A stretch of DNA of 63,611 nucleotides, the filler included, from Bigelowiella natans CCMP2755 (taxonomy: Eukaryota > Protista > Cercozoa), in the NCBI GenBank assembly GCA_000320545.1. It is 6 parts of 6 records of this genome, joined end to end, with 100 filler letters (N's around TTAATTAATTAA, not from the genome) between each part and the next. Parts side by side here need not be neighbours in the genome. Positions count along the whole stretch, not along the records: positions 61,731 to 63,611 come from ADNK01003689.1; 5 more parts are not named here. One strand, written 5' to 3'. The position numbers were made by a program, and so were the translations under genes. How positions within the stretch are numbered: the stretch's first letter is position 1; each line of letters begins with the position of its first letter. The notes under the pieces were generated by a model. It was given only the letters and a program-made list of their open reading frames with translations, did no database searches and was not told the origin of the DNA. This document shows positions 63,498-63,611 of the stretch, piece by piece.

Positions 63498-63590
63498 GAG
63501 AGAGAGGGGGGGGGGGGGGGGGGGGGAAACAACGTCCGACCGTACCGTACGTACTTTATAGATCGCCCCGAGCACAAATTAGGACCCTGG
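61931..63590 (-). CDS. P4-type ATPase (phospholipid flippase), internal exons
   Basis: LLGATAIEDRLQNLVPECIRDFLIG|GIKVWMLTGDKRETAKNIAMAC|NLIEPDM: diagnostic P4-ATPase GATAIED.LQ and TGDK.ETA.NI motifs; outer exon limits approximate. Confidence 0.92.
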
Positions 63591-63611
63591 GCATAGCTGG
63601 GGGGGTAGAAG

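Noticed and set aside
1-63611. CRISPR arrays, rRNA, transposase/RT/integrase or viral ORFs
   Set aside because: No repeat-spacer array, rRNA signature or mobile-element catalytic motif recognised.

Overview
Eukaryotic nuclear DNA from a draft scaffold. It is gene-dense and intron-rich, and most introns carry microsatellites. Five identical 100-nt spacers (44N-TTAATTAATTAA-44N) join contigs, and at four of them the gene fragments on either side do not continue into each other. About 22 protein genes or fragments can be traced by manual splicing: Spinster-like MFS transporter, LCAT-like alpha/beta hydrolase, LRR protein, secreted coiled-coil protein, TrmH/SpoU methyltransferase, AT-hook protein, Popeye-domain protein, multi-pass membrane protein, dihydroxyacetone kinase (partial), TPR protein, SMG9, acyl-CoA synthetase 3' end, PDZ+PP2C pseudophosphatase, mitochondrial embryogenesis-like protein, OLA1/YchF (partial), P4-ATPase (partial) and several unknowns. 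There are also two tandem tRNA-Glu(TTC) genes. Signal-like hydrophobic leaders on non-secretory domains suggest an alga with a complex plastid, chlorarachniophyte-like (inference). The most striking signal is non-coding. Two tracts (6230-7740, 54592-56803) and a partial third (19495-20540) have lost most TpA dinucleotides, almost all in the first two. Survivors are concentrated in CTAG, and CpG is retained. This looks like a context-specific A-to-G/T-to-C hypermutation of silent DNA, opposite in direction to fungal RIP. All counts and exon boundaries are manual and approximate.
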